DNA of 63,699 nt, counting the filler, from Bipalium vagum (taxonomy: Eukaryota): NCBI GenBank assembly GCA_037834085.1. It is 3 parts of 3 records of this genome, joined end to end, with 100 filler letters (N's around TTAATTAATTAA, not from the genome) between each part and the next. Parts side by side here need not be neighbours in the genome. Positions count along the whole stretch, not along the records: positions 1 to 23,991 come from JBBMKC010204046.1; positions 24,092 to 47,383 come from JBBMKC010211261.1; 1 more part is not named here. The stretch is one strand, 5' to 3'. The translations under genes and the position numbers were made by a program. How positions within the stretch are numbered: the stretch's first letter is position 1; each line of letters begins with the position of its first letter. Under the pieces are notes generated by a model, which saw only the letters and a program-made list of their open reading frames with translations, was not told the DNA's origin and searched no databases. Shown piece after piece: positions 12,401 to 26,090 of this stretch.

Positions 12401-13689
12401 CTTTATAATGCAATAAACCCAATTTTATTTTTTCTGAATGATTATCAATTTCAAAATTCAAAAAATTCTCTAATTAAAACAAATGTCAATTAGAAATAAC
12501 CCGATTTATATAAAACAAAATTTATTAAATCCACTTTTTTCTTGTATGAATTAATTATATTATTAAATAATATTACATTGAAATCGTGTATTATCATATC
12601 GATTATTAGGCAACATTTTAAGTGATAAAACTACAGAAAATATTAATTACATTTCAAGATCTGGGCTGAATAAGTAAGCTTTATTCACTTCTCTTTTGCC
12701 AAATGGCTTAAAAATTATTCTTCCTAAGATTTAAAACTCAATTATCACTGATAAAACAAATGACTCTTTTTGTTTATTCTTAAGAAAAAAATTATATTTA
12801 TACTAAAAAATGAAAGGATTTTTTAATAAATAAATAAAATTAATTAAATTTTTTTAATTATTAAATTATTTCATATAGTGGGTGTACCACTTGACGCTGT
12901 GACAAGAATTTTATCAAAATATTTTAATTAATTTTTCATTCTTTTATTAATAACTATGCCCCAAAAATGATTAGTTTTAAACGGTGCTTTTTACATCCTG
13001 TATAGATAATTCAATTAGAATACTTTAAAAACACTTTATTTACCTTGTGTTCCTTGAAACTTTGAAAACGAGTGCCTTTCATCAATTTTGATTTGTGAAT
13101 AAAATTTATGAAGGATTAATTAATATAATGGATAATATTAATTTTAAAAAATTTAATATATACTTTGATAAATTAGTTAATTTAGTGCAATTTTATTGGT
13201 TGAGATATATCTAAATACATTGGATATATAAAAAACAAGTTTATTGGCGAGGATAAAGATGGGTCAAAGCCATTCTTTTTTAATTCAAAATTCTATTTAT
13301 TTCTGCATTCTATTTCATATTTCAGCTGTTATCAGCGTTTACTTAAACTCGTGAAATACTACAAGATTAATTTATTATTAATTATTAATTATATTCATTA
13401 ATAAATTATAATTATTTTAAATTGATAAAAACGTTAAATAGAAATTATAAATAAAATATAACTTTTGCGGGAAAATTACTGTTTGATAATCTACTAAGAT
13501 TTCAAATGTAGCCGTACACCTAGGCAATGTCTAGATTGACTTCATTTAGTCTCGTCAAAGGGGAGAGAGCCGCACTTACAGATGATTTGAAAATTCCAGT
13601 GTGGACGCAAAAGTGTGGTGGACGAATATCACGAGGGTCAACGTAGGTTTCAGACATTAATATTGATAATTAAAGTATTAGACTTATCA

Positions 13690-14350
13690 CAAAAGCATTC
13701 GTGGGTATTGGCATGAAACCAATTAAAATCATTTTGCACGACCACTCTAAGGTACAAATGCTTTGCAATCATTGCATTCCATATAATTTGACATCTGAAA
13801 AAGAATGTTGAGTTAAGTTTTGCGAAAAATACTCCTGAAATTTAAGAGTGGTAGTTTATTTTGAAAAATGGATTTTTTCGTAATACCTTCAAAACAGGCA
13901 ACAATCCACTGTTTGAATTTTTACAAATAAATCAAAACCAATAAAAATTTTTCGGTCCAGCAGTACTGCAAAGAAATGATTACATGTTTCTTAGGTTTGA
14001 GAATCAAAAAACTGCCAATTCTGAGTGATTTACAACAACTTGCTAAGCCCAGATTATTTCCAAAAATAGAGAGAACAATAAAAATCGAAAAATTAAGCTT
14101 CATCCTACAGCTCGTCAACCTATCAATTTAGCATCACTAAATGTACAGGATTAATGGCACAAATAATGACACATACTCGACCTTTATTCACCTGACTTCT
14201 CATCTTGTGCCTTCTTTTCTTCAAAACTTTCAAAAAAATTACGTGGTGAAGGTCACCTGATGCAACTATTGCAAAATCCTAAGAATTTGTATCTGAAATG
14301 ACAGTATAAGAATAGAAAAAAGTGAAGCCATTACTTTGAAAAACTACCTA
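13690..14350 (+). mobile_element. Decayed mariner remnant
   Basis: IILHDH..CIPYNLT and YSPDFSSCAFF..KKLRG motifs. Confidence 0.7.
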
Positions 14351-15255
14351 TGTATATATGGTTTGATTTGTTTTTTCAAGTACTAGCTTATAGAAACTTC
14401 ACAAGAAGCCTTTGTATCAAAATGGATAGTTGATAATAAATAATCATTTTACCAAACAATTCATGATAAATGTTTTTTGAATGTATCCATGGTTTGCAGG
14501 AAAGCCTCAGCTGAAATTCTTGCAAACTCTTAATAAAATAAATATTGAAATACTTTTAACATTAAATGTTTGGATAATGAAAGCAATTATTACTGACTAT
14601 CAAATTTCCTTAGATATTTAAAACCAGGATTTTTCTTGGGGATTTTATTTAATGGATTCGAGAGATCTATTCTATTCAATCATCAATTACTCAAAATTGG
14701 AACATATGTCAATAGAGAGAAAAATTATTCAATTTATTCTTAAAATTATGTGATTTTTAAAATCAGTCTACTAAAATCTAATGGGTGGGACTTTACATTT
14801 TTCCCACATTTAAAGATTTGAGAATAGCATCTAAATTTTATTTGTCAATAATTTTTTTTAAAATCTATTTGTTTCACATCACTTACCGAATTATATAACT
14901 CTTTTTAATTCTGCCCAAGCTTTTTTCCAAAGCAAATAATAAAGTTAATCATAATATTAAAATTTTCAACCATTAAAATCTATCGGCTTGTAATCCATAA
15001 ATTTAGGATCTTAAAGAATTTATTTTTTATCAAAATTTGCTTATTCAAACAAATCTAATCAAACCATGTGACTGATATATTAGTTTAAATGTAAATAAAC
15101 TATTAAGTTTTGTCTACTTATATTCTTAAAATTATTAAATCATAAATTTCCACATAAATGGTGTTAGAAAAAATTTTTTTGCATTATTTCAATTTTATGG
15201 CTTTTAAAATTTTTTTTAATAATAAAGTTTTATGCAATTTTTTAAATTCTATATA

Positions 15256-15626
15256 ATGCCGAAAACTAAAAAGAGTGATAAAGAATTAATTAAAGATATG
15301 TGTAAAGATTTATAATGATGAATTTGTGTAACATTCTCAATACAAGTTATATTGTAAAAGTTGTGATACCTTTGTTAAGCATGATAAGAAATATTATGTG
15401 GATGCTTATCGGAAATGTAAGAGGTATTATATGTATATTGATTTTTGACATATTTTATAAAAGTAAGAAGCATAGTCTATATATTCAAAAAAACTTGAAA
15501 CACAAATGATTAAAAAGGTCGACCAAAGCTTTATAGCAGGAGTTTACGATCCATATGTTGAGGTGGTTGTTAAAGCATTAACATATGTCAATATATTAAC
15601 ATATGCCAATATATTAACATATGCCA
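15256..15626 (+). mobile_element. CGGBP1/hAT-like transposase N-terminal remnant
   Basis: MPKTKKSDKELIK, frameshift, EFV*..KLYCKSCDTFVKHDKKYYV (BED-like zinc finger), VVKALTYVNI; ends in a short tandem repeat. Confidence 0.5.
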
Positions 15627-16399
15627 AAACTCCGGGATGGTCGACGGACTGATTCAAACTTACTAATCCACCGTTTCTGGAACATTTCGTTCAAAACGTA
15701 ATGTTTATGGATGGCGGTATTAGCTAGACATATGCCTTGATGAAAATGGACGTTTCTTAATCTCCGTCTTCAAAGGTCTATTATGAATTCCTTTCCAAGA
15801 AACTGAATGTAGCAATGTCAATTCAAGTGACATGCAATAAATAAAGAGTCTAACAAACGATGCTCTGATAGCATGAGTCTGATCACGATAGGATGATTCT
15901 GAGTAGATGATTCTGTTAAGTCAATGAAGCATTCTGTATGTACATCAATATCACTTTATTTTCTTACCAACTGATATTATTATTATTATTATTTAATTAA
16001 TTAATGTCATTAAATTTTAATAAAATTTAGCAGTATACATTCTGACTCCGTTAATAATATCATTGTGATAATCAGAGCTTCATTATCTATAAGATCGACC
16101 TTAATTAAACTTCTTGACCCTTAAGAGTGCATTATTTGATAACTTATTAATTCTCACAATATATTGAACATAATTTTATTTATTTTATTTTTTGTAAACA
16201 ACGAATATTATATTCAAAAATATTTTTTTTCTCTTTCATGCTAAATGCACAACCCGGTCTTTATATCTTAAGTCTTATTATATCTTGTTCAACATGTCTT
16301 AGGACTACTACATAATTTTTAAAATAATTTTTATTTTATAATATTCTTGTTTGTTAAAATACAAAAACATTTACTTAAAAATAAATCACAAAAATCTGC

Positions 16400-16760
16400 C
16401 AGATGACAAATCCAATTTCAATTAATATCCTCATTTTAATTCTTTTAATCCGTACTTGATAGGCTAAGTATATCTTTTCCTGCATTCTGTTCCACCCACG
16501 TTTTGAAAAATAAATTTTTCTCATGGAAATTTCTGATTGAAAGAAGTTTTGAAAGCCCGGTTTTCATTGTTGACTATTCATATCCTACCCCCATTTGATA
16601 GTCATTCATGGTTTTATTTTGAGTCTGTGGTTTGTCAATGTCGGTTGATGCATCCGCAATCAAAAGTTTTTTGTTAAATTAAAATAAGTTTGGTCTGATG
16701 CTCCTACATACTCCTCAACCATCGAACTTCTTTTTATGACCTCTTCCATTGTTTTAAAAA
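16400..16760 (-). mobile_element. Possible Merlin/ISXO2-like remnant
   Basis: Minus strand NNGRGH...GVCR...VNN, weakly resembling Merlin RGR/GGVER/VNH motifs. Confidence 0.3.
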
Positions 16761-17559
16761 AATTTTCTTAAACAAATATTTAGTTGATTCAATTTTTTTC
16801 GTTTAATGACGATCTGAGATTATATTCACTATTTATTATTGATTAGTTGATTAATATATTTAATACATTTTTCATTTTTTAATTCAAATAATCAACAAAT
16901 GAGAAAAGAGAATTTATTATTGCTTTTAGATAAATTATTAAAGTAACCATTTAAGAAAAAACTAATTAAAATATATGATTAAGATAATAATATTCACTAT
17001 ATTAAATTCATTAACCTTGGATGAAATGTAAAACTAACAATTTTAAAAATCATTAAATGATTTAAAACCCAAGGAACGGTACTCATCAAATTCGAATTCA
17101 TATTTTCCATTGCCAATTTGAATAAAAAATGGATATTTAAAGGAATTCTTATATAATATATTAAATAGAATTTTTATTTATATAAACATTACGTTTGAAT
17201 CAGATTCTCTCCACTTATCCTATGAATATGGATCATGGATCATATGTGTGATCGACTATATCTAGTGACAATTGTCCACTTGAAAGTTCAGCTGCACTGA
17301 CGTTGGTAGTCTAACGTTTATTCTTAATTACTTGACGCAGTTCACCAATCTTATGACTGAAATCGGTAATTATTGATTAAATCAATCAATAAATAAAACT
17401 ATTTTGATTTTGGAATTCGTTTCCTTCCGACCAAGGTGGAGTGATGTGACAAATAGTTTTCATTGTTAATATCATTAAGTCTCTGTTCACTATAGACATT
17501 TTATACAATAAGTAAATATAATAAAATCTATAATATAAGAATAACGAACGGGATATAGA

Positions 17560-18290
17560 CTAAACTAAATATGTTACCATGTTTATGATTGTCTCACAAC
17601 TACAATAAATTGTCTATAAAATCCTTATTGTCGTCGACATTATCCTGGTTTAGGTTTTTCATCATATTTTGCTCGCTAGTCTTCGTTTCCTGATTTTCGT
17701 TTCTGTTGTCACTATCAAGCTGTAAGAGGTTTAGATTTTACATTCTTTGTTTGAGGAAAATTCCAGGGATTGTTTTACCAAATGTTGGACTCATCCAAAC
17801 TTACAGTTATTACTTTAATTTTCCCGTGCTATAGAAAACGATTATCTCTCTAAACTCAAAATATTCCAACCCAGTATTTATTGCGGTTAGTCTATATACT
17901 AAGTGATGTTGCTTCTCATTATCAAAATAGAGCTTGACAGGATCTTTTCCAACCTTAATGTATGACTTACATTAAATCCTGTCATAATATTAGCCGGTTA
18001 ATAGTTTTTAAACAGTATTTTAATTTCCTTTTTCTGCAGTCTTCTGCAATATTTTTAACAGTCTCCAGAGTTTTTACACCTCTGATTATTAAAGTTTCCT
18101 GTCTATAAATAAGAACTTCTTTACATTCAGGATAGTTAATTGTGCGATTTGAAAGAAATGAATCCCATTCTTACAAAAGACTGAAATTTCTGAAATGATC
18201 AACAATTTCATCAATAGGTATTTTGCATGAAAAATGAGTGGCCGCATTTACAGTCCACATCTTTAGGAATTGCACTTTCACTTTGTATTT
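17560..18290 (-). mobile_element. Possible retroelement gag-like remnant
   Basis: Corrupted zinc knuckle RCKNSG...NIAEDCRK; coding-like composition with many stops. Confidence 0.3.
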
Positions 18291-18434
18291 TGTAATCAAT
18301 ATTATTTTTAAATAAAATTTTAGTTTTAATTAAATTGTTCGAAATTGTTTAAAATAATAATTTAAATCAAACTTAATAAATTTCATTTGTTTAACCATAA
18401 CATTTAAATAATAAGACAATATTTTCATTATTTA

Positions 18435-18691
18435 NNNNNNNNNNNNNNNNNNNNNNNNNNNNNNNNNNNNNNNNNNNNNNNNNNNNNNNNNNNNNNNNNN
18501 NNNNNNNNNNNNNNNNNNNNNNNNNNNNNNNNNNNNNNNNNNNNNNNNNNNNNNNNNNNNNNNNNNNNNNNNNNNNNNNNNNNNNNNNNNNNNNNNNNNN
18601 NNNNNNNNNNNNNNNNNNNNNNNNNNNNNNNNNNNNNNNNNNNNNNNNNNNNNNNNNNNNNNNNNNNNNNNNNNNNNNNNNNNNNNNNNNN
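18435..18691. other. Assembly gap
   Basis: N run. Confidence 1.
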
Positions 18692-19559
18692 TATCAGAAT
18701 AATTAATTTCTATCAAATACTTAAAATATCGTAATTACCGTTAATGATTTCAAACAATTATCAGAAATACTTCTTTAAAATTACAAATTTTGTCTAATTA
18801 GTTTCTAAATATTAATTATTAGAATTTAAAACTAAATAAGTTTTATTTTTCCTGAGATTAATTAATTCTGGAATTATTTTTCAATTTATAAATTAAAACA
18901 AATTTAATATTTTAATTTTCAAATTGAGAACTATTACAAATTAATTAGAAATATGTTAAGTATTCTAAATATATTATTAAATATTACTTAAAAATAAATT
19001 TTAAAAATTATGGCAATTGTTACAACATCTGAGATATTTTGATATTGTATTATTATGAAATTGAAGTTGTATTATTACTATTAAAATTTTAGTAATATTT
19101 TTATTAAATGAAAATAAAAACATTTTATTATTTTATATTATTTTAAGAAAGTACAACATAAACTTCGATATGTTCTCGAGTTTAATAATAACTGAAGAAA
19201 ATAAAGTAACTTATCTTTTTCATTCAATATATACCACTTTTATTTTCATTCTTTGAGAACATCATAAAATATGTATTATTTTCTCTTTTCAACTTATCAC
19301 CTTTATGATGGGAAAGTGTTAGGCACAAACAATAATCTTGGTTCATCTAAAAGTCCACGAAAACTAAAAATTTTGGATAATGTCATATGAAAAAATTTTA
19401 CATTAATATTGTTTAATTTCTTAAATTTTGTTTTATCTTATTAGGTATCCTATTTGGAAATCTTAGGCTCATGAGGAAATAGCAAAATTACATAATTAAT
19501 TTATATATAATAATTTAATAATTTATTTAATTTTAATAATTTAATTTCCAAAACATAGT

Positions 19560-21990
19560 TCACTTATTTGCGAAGCCAGTATCGAAAACGATTGATATGA
19601 AATAATAAGGAAGATAAAAGACGAATGTTATAAAACATCTTCATCAAAAGAGACTGGCACCCTGCAAATGGAGACAGAAGAAAATAAGAAGATTCTGACC
19701 AATAATCAAGGATGCTCTACAACTGATTATCAACCAAAATTTGGGCAGAATATGCGTAGCGAGCCCCACCTACAAGAGTCAGACGGCATAAAGCAACAAG
19801 AAAACGAAAGTCCTGCTACTCAAGATAAAACCTTACTAGGAGCAGGAAAATTGGAGCCTCACAAATTTCACTTCAAACCTATATGCATCAATTCAGAAAA
19901 TTCTCAGTCAAATGAAAACAAGAAAGCAGTGATAAAAAATATTCCGATCAAACCGGGTGACACGAAAGGCAGCATTGTGCAATCAAATGAGAACCCAATA
20001 CTTCTAATATTTGTACTAGAAACTTTCAGAAAAAAGAATCGACTACAAATCTAATCTTACTGAGTCTCATAACAGACCTGAATCTAGGAAAAACTACTCT
20101 CACTGAGACAATCGATCAAATAAAAGAACTGGTAAAGAAAAATACCAAAATAATATCTCCCCTTTTGATTCATAAGGAGAAACAACATCCAAACAAGTAC
20201 AAAATTAGAGAGATGTTTAACAAAATCCCAAAGAAAGCATATGAAGAAATTACTGGAAACGTGGTACCTTCATCTTCTCCAAACCGTTTCCAAATCGAGG
20301 AATACTTTGATCACCAATCAAAGGAAATCTCAAACTATGAGTATACCTTTGAACTACCAAACCTAGCAGAATCAAATTCATGCTTACCCATCACCCATGA
20401 AGAGATCGAAATAGTGCTCCTATCAACTCCTATCAACTACATATAGAAAATGAGAGACTACCTAAGATCCGTGGGGATATCACATATGATTACTTAGGTG
20501 TTCCATTCGGGAACAAGAAACGCCAGAATATTGAAAAAATTTTGAATGAAAACATCGAAAATTTCAGTAAAGTCTGCAATTCGAAAATTCTGCCTGCTCA
20601 GAAAATCAAAATTTTGAAAATATTTAAAAAATCAAGGTTACCATTCCACTTGAGAAATCGAATGATTAATATACTATCCCTCTCGTCTCCAAGTGGAAAA
20701 CAGGGTATTAGCAAAATTCAACAAATTGGATATGATGAGAAAATTCTAAAACTTATTAAAGGCATCATCAACATTCCTCTAAAGATGCTTAATAACTCTT
20801 ATCTTTATGCACATCAGAAGCTCGGAGGCCTTGGAATAACTGCTGCAATTGACGAATATATGATCCAGAACATAGTACATGCGTTTTGTATGATGACAAG
20901 TTCTGATGGAAGCTTACGGCACTTAGTAATCGCTGAACTAATAAGCACAACAGAAGTACGTAACAAAGGAAATCAGACTGACATCCACGAGGCGCTAAAG
21001 TGGATCAATGGAAAACAGTATAAGGATGCACGCTCAGCAACATGGTGGTCCAAAGTCCGAAAAGCGAAACAGATATGAAACGAAAATTTGATATTGATGT
21101 AATTTTTAAGCTGGGCGAACAAGGTATCGAAATGGAGATAAGGTCACCAGCCATAGAACCTAGGATGGCTTATTTTGACTTTCGTTCAAAAAATAAAATA
21201 TGTAGTTACTTGCATGAACTTATAGGAATTTAAATATTTTAGGTCGTGGTCTAAATTCAAATCCCAAGGGCAATTAAGTGATGCATTATCGCTCCATCCA
21301 TGGACCAATAAGGTCATTATTCAAGGAAGTCCCCCGGTTCATGATTGGATATTTGCTGTAAAAGCTCGAAACAGTATAATTAAATTAAATTACGCATCAT
21401 ATAAAGTGTTACGTAAGGAAAATGTAAGCTGTAGAAGAGGCTGTAATGCACCTGAAACGCAAACCTGTTCTCTGTCAGTGTATAAAAGAAGGCAGGATTA
21501 AGAGACAAAATAATATTCTACAAGAGCTCATGATAATCCTCAAAAATAAATCATACAATATTGAGATGGACAAAAAATGGCCGGAAAGCAAATTTAATAT
21601 GCGTCCAGATCTGACAATTACGATGACCAAGAAGAAACAAATATTTCTCGTAGACATCAAGTCTCCATATGATAAAATTCCGAACTTCGATAATGCAAGA
21701 TCCTTGAATATCAATAAATATCAAGAACTTCAAAAAGAAATTAATAATTTAACAAAATTTACTGTCTCACTGAATACAATAGTTATCGGCTCTTTGGGAT
21801 CCTGGGATCCAAGGAATAACGAAGTATTAACTAGAATCGGATTAAGCAAATCAGAGGTCCGACAATTTTCAATTAATGCCATTAGAGCTGCAATCAAATC
21901 CTCTTATGATATATATAAAAAACATATATTATAAGTGAATTAAAAACTTATAATTAAATGAGAGGAAAAAAGTCCTTTTAAAAAAAAAGA
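19560..21990 (+). mobile_element. RLE-type (NeSL/R2/R5-like) non-LTR retrotransposon with RT core deleted
   Basis: Pre-RT segment ITHEEIEIVL joined directly to thumb YDYLGVPF, followed by LGGLGI, zinc knuckle CRRGCNAPET and restriction-like endonuclease RPDL...VDIKSPYD...KY...VIGSLGSWDPRN. Stop at 21934, then a short tail with an A-run. Confidence 0.9.
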
Positions 21991-22634
21991 TTTTAAGGAT
22001 GTTTTTTAAAAAAATTGAAATTATTTTTTAATAATTTTAATTAATTATTATTTTTTTTTAAAAATTAAGATTGAAGTTCAAAAAGGAAAAAAAGAATAAT
22101 TTGTTTGATTAATCAAAATTAAATTAAATGCCAATATGCAAAATTTTTATCATTGACTTAATATTATAATTTATAAAATAATCTTCATAATTTATTGCAA
22201 TACATTTGGCCGATAACGTCCAAGAATACTGCGAATAATGTAAGAAGAATTAAATAATTACATAAAACATTTTTAAAAAGAAAAAGGATTGAAAAATTAT
22301 GTTAAATTAGCATAAATATAAATTAGTTAATAATAATTTTAAAAATTAAGATAAATTGTGCTTATGAAATTCTATTAAACGCAAAAAAAAATTTCAATAC
22401 AAAAACTTTTTTATTTCGTCTATAAAATTTATTAAACCAATTTTTTTTACAAATTTTAAAAAACTCATTTATTATTTTAAGTTAAATTTCAAATAAAAAT
22501 CTTTCGTTTTAATATAACTTATATATAACTTACACTTAACATTCACAATTTGTTTAAGTATATCGATTTTATCTTCAAATTAATAACCACATTTCAAAAT
22601 AATTATATCATAATAATTATTTTGGTATATCAAC

Positions 22635-24703
22635 ATGTCCATAGAAGATTTGATACCCTTAAATGAAGCTCTTTTATTAGAGAAACCAAAATTCAATAAA
22701 ATCGTAAAAGCTTTTATGGAATATACCTCATATTGTGGCAGCATGTTTCTACCGGAAAAGGTGAATGAGTGGTGTTCCTATTTGCAATGTGACGGAAATA
22801 CGTGCAAAAACGAGCTTGTTCTCGGACAGTTGGATAAGCCAAGCGTTGTCTCAGTGAAGAATGTTCTATGCAAGTAAATATTAAATGAGATTTACTTCTA
22901 CATTTATCATTATTATTATCATTATTACTATCATTATCATTACCATTATTATTATTATTATTATTATTCCTTATCTTAAATCAAGTATGACGTGTATAAT
23001 AATTGCCCCAGCCATTTTTTTCATGAAAGAGACCAGTTTGTTTATATTTATTTCATACAAATGAAAACTAACAAACCATGAAAGTCGTTACGGTAATTTC
23101 CAACGTCAATCAATAATTTACAAGATATAAATTTTAGAAATCTTATTCCAAAATTATTGATATTCTGCCATACTTTGCAAAGAATTGGATGTCTATGGCT
23201 TTTGCTGTCTTTGGAGCTCTGTAAAATGTGCAACACTTTTTTCTAAGATAATTCTATTTGAAGTGCATTTTTGGAACTATTTTAGTAATGATTTTCTGAT
23301 CCTCTTATGTTAATTCAAATCAATTTTTCAAAAGGCAACAATTGATTATTACTTATTCAAGCTTATAAACATGTCGTTGAATTATTCTAATCCATTTTTG
23401 CCTGGGGGTTTGCATTACAATTTCTTATTCACCTATCGAATAATAATAATAAATATAATAATACTTTAATTTTTATAAAAACAACACTGGATCTAGTGTT
23501 CAGGTTACCTTGAAATTTTCATTTTATTTATTTTTTTTAGTAAACTTTGTGATAATGGAATAATTACTGGTCACTTGGAATTTTAATAATCAAATTAAAA
23601 TGACTTGTATTTTATTAATTTATACAAAATGAATATAAAATATAATAAAACCGATTTTTCCATAAAGCCACCAAATTTATAAGAAATTAAGGAATAAATA
23701 AATAACAAATTCATTTTGTTTTAAAAAATCAATAAATACAGGGTCTTTCAATAGAAGCTTTACTACTTTTAAAATATTAAATACTAAGTATTTTTGTTTA
23801 AATAAATTAATATTTAACATTATTCTACCTAGACATTTGAAAATTAAATATGGGTCGTTATAATATGCAACAACGGACAGAATTTGTCAAAATATTTTAT
23901 CAAAGCGGTAGTTGAATTTCAGTAACCGTTAAAAAATTAAATGCAAAATTTGGGAAAAACAAATGTCCATCAAAACCAACAATTTACAGTCNNNNNNNNN
24001 NNNNNNNNNNNNNNNNNNNNNNNNNNNNNNNNNNNTTAATTAATTAANNNNNNNNNNNNNNNNNNNNNNNNNNNNNNNNNNNNNNNNNNNNATATTATTA
24101 AGTTTTTTAGGATGCAAGGCTTTCTGAATGAAGAGTTGAAGAGTTTTTCAGAATGATCACAAATAAAGATTTTTAGGATTGAATATCTGGATTGGTTGGA
24201 ACTGCTTTTGTTGATCCTGATTCTGCTGTTGTTAGTTGACGTTGACGTAGTCTCCACAAGTATATTAATATATAAAATTATTAAATGAAATACTGATGTG
24301 TTTCAAGAACTGATTATGGTTTCTGTCAGCAAGTGGAATAATAAATTAGATAAATTCACATCAATAATTATCATAAATCACTGTCAGTAATAGTAGAGTT
24401 ATGTAAAATATTTTTCAGATTCATAAGAAATATAGAAATGACATGGATATGAAGTAATTATAAAACTATGTAAAAGTGCTTTTGGGATTGCATCCCAATT
24501 TAACTAATTATATCGAATTTGCAGTACTAAAAAATTCTTTTAAAATATTTTGATATAATTATTTTTGCTAAATAAAATTAAAATTTAGAAAAAAATTGGG
24601 CTTTCGTTTTTTGATTCTTATTATTAAACTATTTAGCAAAGGATTACGAGTAGCTTGGGAAACGTATCTACAATGTTTAAGATTCTACATGCTTAATGTG
24701 TAA
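22635..24703 (+). CDS. Probable 2-exon 101-aa protein of unknown function (exons 22635-22873, 24637-24703)
   Basis: ATG-initiated 239-nt exon ending AA|gtaaat. A phase-compatible tttag|C exon encodes KGLRVAWETYLQCLRFYMLNV*, followed by AATAAA. The intron spans an assembly gap. Confidence 0.5.
22905..22968. repeat. Imperfect (ATT/ATC)n microsatellite
   Basis: Visible trinucleotide run. Confidence 0.85.
23740..23991 (+). mobile_element. DD41D (rosa)-like element 5' end, cut by gap
   Basis: TA+cagggtc terminus and MGRYNMQQRTEFVKIFYQSG...FGKNKCPSKPTI HTH-type N-terminus. Confidence 0.75.
23992..24091. other. Assembly gap with artificial TTAATTAATTAA spacer
   Basis: 44 N + TTAATTAATTAA + 44 N; the spacer has stops in all six frames. 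Confidence 0.95.
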
Positions 24704-25469
24704 TGTTTAAATAAATATCTTAAACTTTGGAATTTCTGACAGTATTTTTTGAATATTGAAAAAATTGAGTTTCTGTTGTTGGTTAGTAATAGTGGCCTCA
24801 AAAAACAAATTTTCGTCATTAAAAAGGACCAGGTATTTGTGTCTTCTTTATATTAAGTTTGCTAAAAGTATGAAGTTGGTATGTTTGAAATGGCAATAAT
24901 TAAAGACCACAGTAGGATCTAAATATTAATAAAAAATTTCAAACATGTTATTTTATAACACGACAACAATATAAAGAATAAAGTAACCTATGGCCTGCCA
25001 GATTCAGAAACTTGTGTTTCTGTGATTTTGTTATTATTGAATATATAATTTCGAAAGATTTTTATTGTCAAGTTTGATTATAATAATATTTACATTACTA
25101 TACTTTCCTTTATTAATACCCTTAAATTTTATATTTCGTACTTATTATACTATTAAAAATTAAATAATTAATAATTTACATTTCTAATAATTGAAAATTT
25201 AACAATAAAAATATTAAATATCAGTAGATAAAATTAAAAAATAGTATTTTATATCTACAAATTGAAAAGGTTTCAATTCACTAAATTCTTTCAGTCACTA
25301 TTATATTGCTTTTTTGCTAAATGTAAATATTAAATTAAAAGTATTTATTAAAGATAATAATTTAGCCATATAAAAAATTTGTTGTTTTAATATTCCATTT
25401 AAATAGCGATAAATCAAATTGCATCTCAAAAATACATAAATATATAGGTTAGGTTTGCCTTTTAATTAA

Positions 25470-26090
25470 AGAAAATGGCTTATGAGGCCACACATGATTA
25501 ATTCCACTCTGAATAAAGGTTTAGGCAGCTATAAAACCTTAAGAAAAGTAGAAATTTAAACATTTACGATGTAGAACGCCCACGTATATAAAAAATCATT
25601 GTGGATGAAGATCTTGAGAATTTGTTAGATGCAAACAGGGCTTGCAATACAAGTTGCAGTTACTCAGCAGGCAATTTCTTGTCAACTCTAAAAGCTAGAA
25701 AAGATTCAAAAGGTGCCGCATAATCTTTCTCCTGAGAATAAGAATAGGCGATATTAAACTGCGCTATCCCTAATAACCAGATTTAAGAAGTATTTTCTAT
25801 GCGGAGATGAGAAGTGGCTCTATTACGAAAACAATAAGCGAAGAAAATCTTGGGTATATCAAGGTGCACCATCTCCTATCAGATTATTATTTGTTCAGTG
25901 TCCTCAACATCATCTTACTGATTTTCAATTCAAAAAGATTGAAGATGTCAGAACATTGATTTCAAATTACATTGAATCAAAATGGACATCTTTTTCAGGA
26001 CAACCGCTACTTGAAAACTGATTAAAATGCATCGAAAATAATGGAGATTATTTCATAGAATAAATTGTAGTTATGTTGTAGAAATACATG
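25470..26090 (+). mobile_element. Internally deleted mariner
   Basis: VTQQAIS, VPHNLS, CGDEKWLYYEN..RKSWV joined to DYYLF...KCIENNGDYF. Confidence 0.85.

Noticed and set aside
24036-24047. TTAATTAATTAA palindrome (also 47428-47439)
   Set aside because: Identical 44N-12-44N layout twice; an artificial six-frame-stop scaffolding spacer.
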